Notes under the pieces: generated by a model | The model's database searches: none | What the model was told of the DNA's origin: nothing | The model's input: the letters and a program-made list of their open reading frames with translations, nothing else | Translations under genes and position numbers: made by a program | Assembly: GCF_964204645.1 (NCBI RefSeq) | Contig: NC_134027.1 | Coordinates: 17,012,560 to 17,076,559, forward strand | Origin: Tubulanus polymorphus | Lineage: Eukaryota; Animalia; Nemertea | Reading direction: 5' to 3' | Length of the DNA stretch: 64,000 nt | Shown here: positions 63,294 to 64,000 of the stretch, piece by piece | Position numbering within the stretch: position 1 is the stretch's first letter | How the letters are laid out: each line of letters starts with the position of its first letter

Positions 63294-64000
63294 ATGATGA
63301 AAAAAGAGCAATATTTAAGAGATTTATATTATAACCCAGAGAGTGAAGTATCATATTCTAGTGTTTCAGAATTATGGGATAAAATTAAATCTGATAAAGA
63401 AAATATAAAATATAGTGAATTAAAATCATGGTTACAAAATCAACCAACATATCAAATCCATAAGAAAATGGATAAAAATTATTTAACTCGAAAAGTTATG
63501 GTTTCATAAATTGATAAACAATGGCAAGCAGATTTAATTGATATGAAGAACTTAGAAGAATATATTAAAAGATATTTTGGATATTACATATTATAGATAT
63601 ATTCAGTAGATACGCATGGAGTATACCAATCAAAAATAAAATTGGTATAGAAGTAACAAATGCTTTTAAAATATATATTTAAAGAAGCTATTCCAGGTAA
63701 GATACAATTTGATGAAGGTAAGGAATTCTATAATAAACATTTAAAAAAATTATTATCTGATAACAATGTAGAGTATTTTTTAACACACTCAGATAAAAAA
63801 GCATCTATCATAGAAAGATTTAATAAAACATTGAAAACTAGAATGTGGAAATATTTCACTTCTAATGAAACATATAAATATATCGATGTATTAGATGATT
63901 TAGTGAAATGTTATAATTATTCTAAACATAGTTCCATAAATATGAAACCGACACAAGCTAGAAAAGAAGATAATTCAGAAGTTGTTTGGAATAATTTGTA
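63294..64000 (+). pseudogene. int: Integrase of P4 (partial)
   Basis: QWQADLIDM, DIFSRYAW, QFDEGKEF, ERFNKTLK; stop and frameshift. Confidence 0.92.

Larger units (their letters stand above)
60492..64000 (+). mobile_element. Polinton P4, left arm (runs off window)
   Basis: Terminal hairpin remnant 60496-60541, TIR-like 60545-60680, then the same gene order as the P2 left arm. Confidence 0.88.

Noticed and set aside
1-64000. Prokaryotic or free viral contig
   Set aside because: Spliceosomal introns, LINEs, SINEs, microsatellites and pervasive pseudogenisation indicate animal chromosomal DNA with endogenous elements.

Overview
AT-rich animal (probably invertebrate) genomic DNA made almost entirely of nested, decayed mobile elements. 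It holds four members of one Polinton/Maverick lineage. P1 is a pPolB relic at 1-2789 with a second remnant at ~17975-18230. P2 is a near-complete element at ~19322-42117 (HNH, integrase, A32-like ATPase, major and minor capsid, pPolB, several membrane proteins). P3 is a 2.26-kb non-autonomous element at 49049-51307 with AG..CT ends and a 6-bp TSD. P4 is the left arm of another copy at ~60492-64000. Around them lie Helitron2/Helentron non-autonomous elements (self-nested, satellite-carrying, one splitting the capsid gene), two APE-RT LINEs, a MULE-like element, MITEs, tRNA-derived SINE heads, a Harbinger-type Myb/SANT gene and two exons of a host arrestin-domain gene. Main unusual signals: (i) the Polinton termini are themselves long imperfect palindromes with CGCT-rich loops; (ii) most Polinton genes start in a poxvirus-late-like, anti-Kozak TAAATG context, and a second shared upstream motif marks the replication genes; (iii) the HNH gene is bracketed by direct repeats of a motif with a covarying stem; (iv) a gene-carrying satellite mini-element shares the same termini. 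All of this was read by eye; no searches or folding programs were run.
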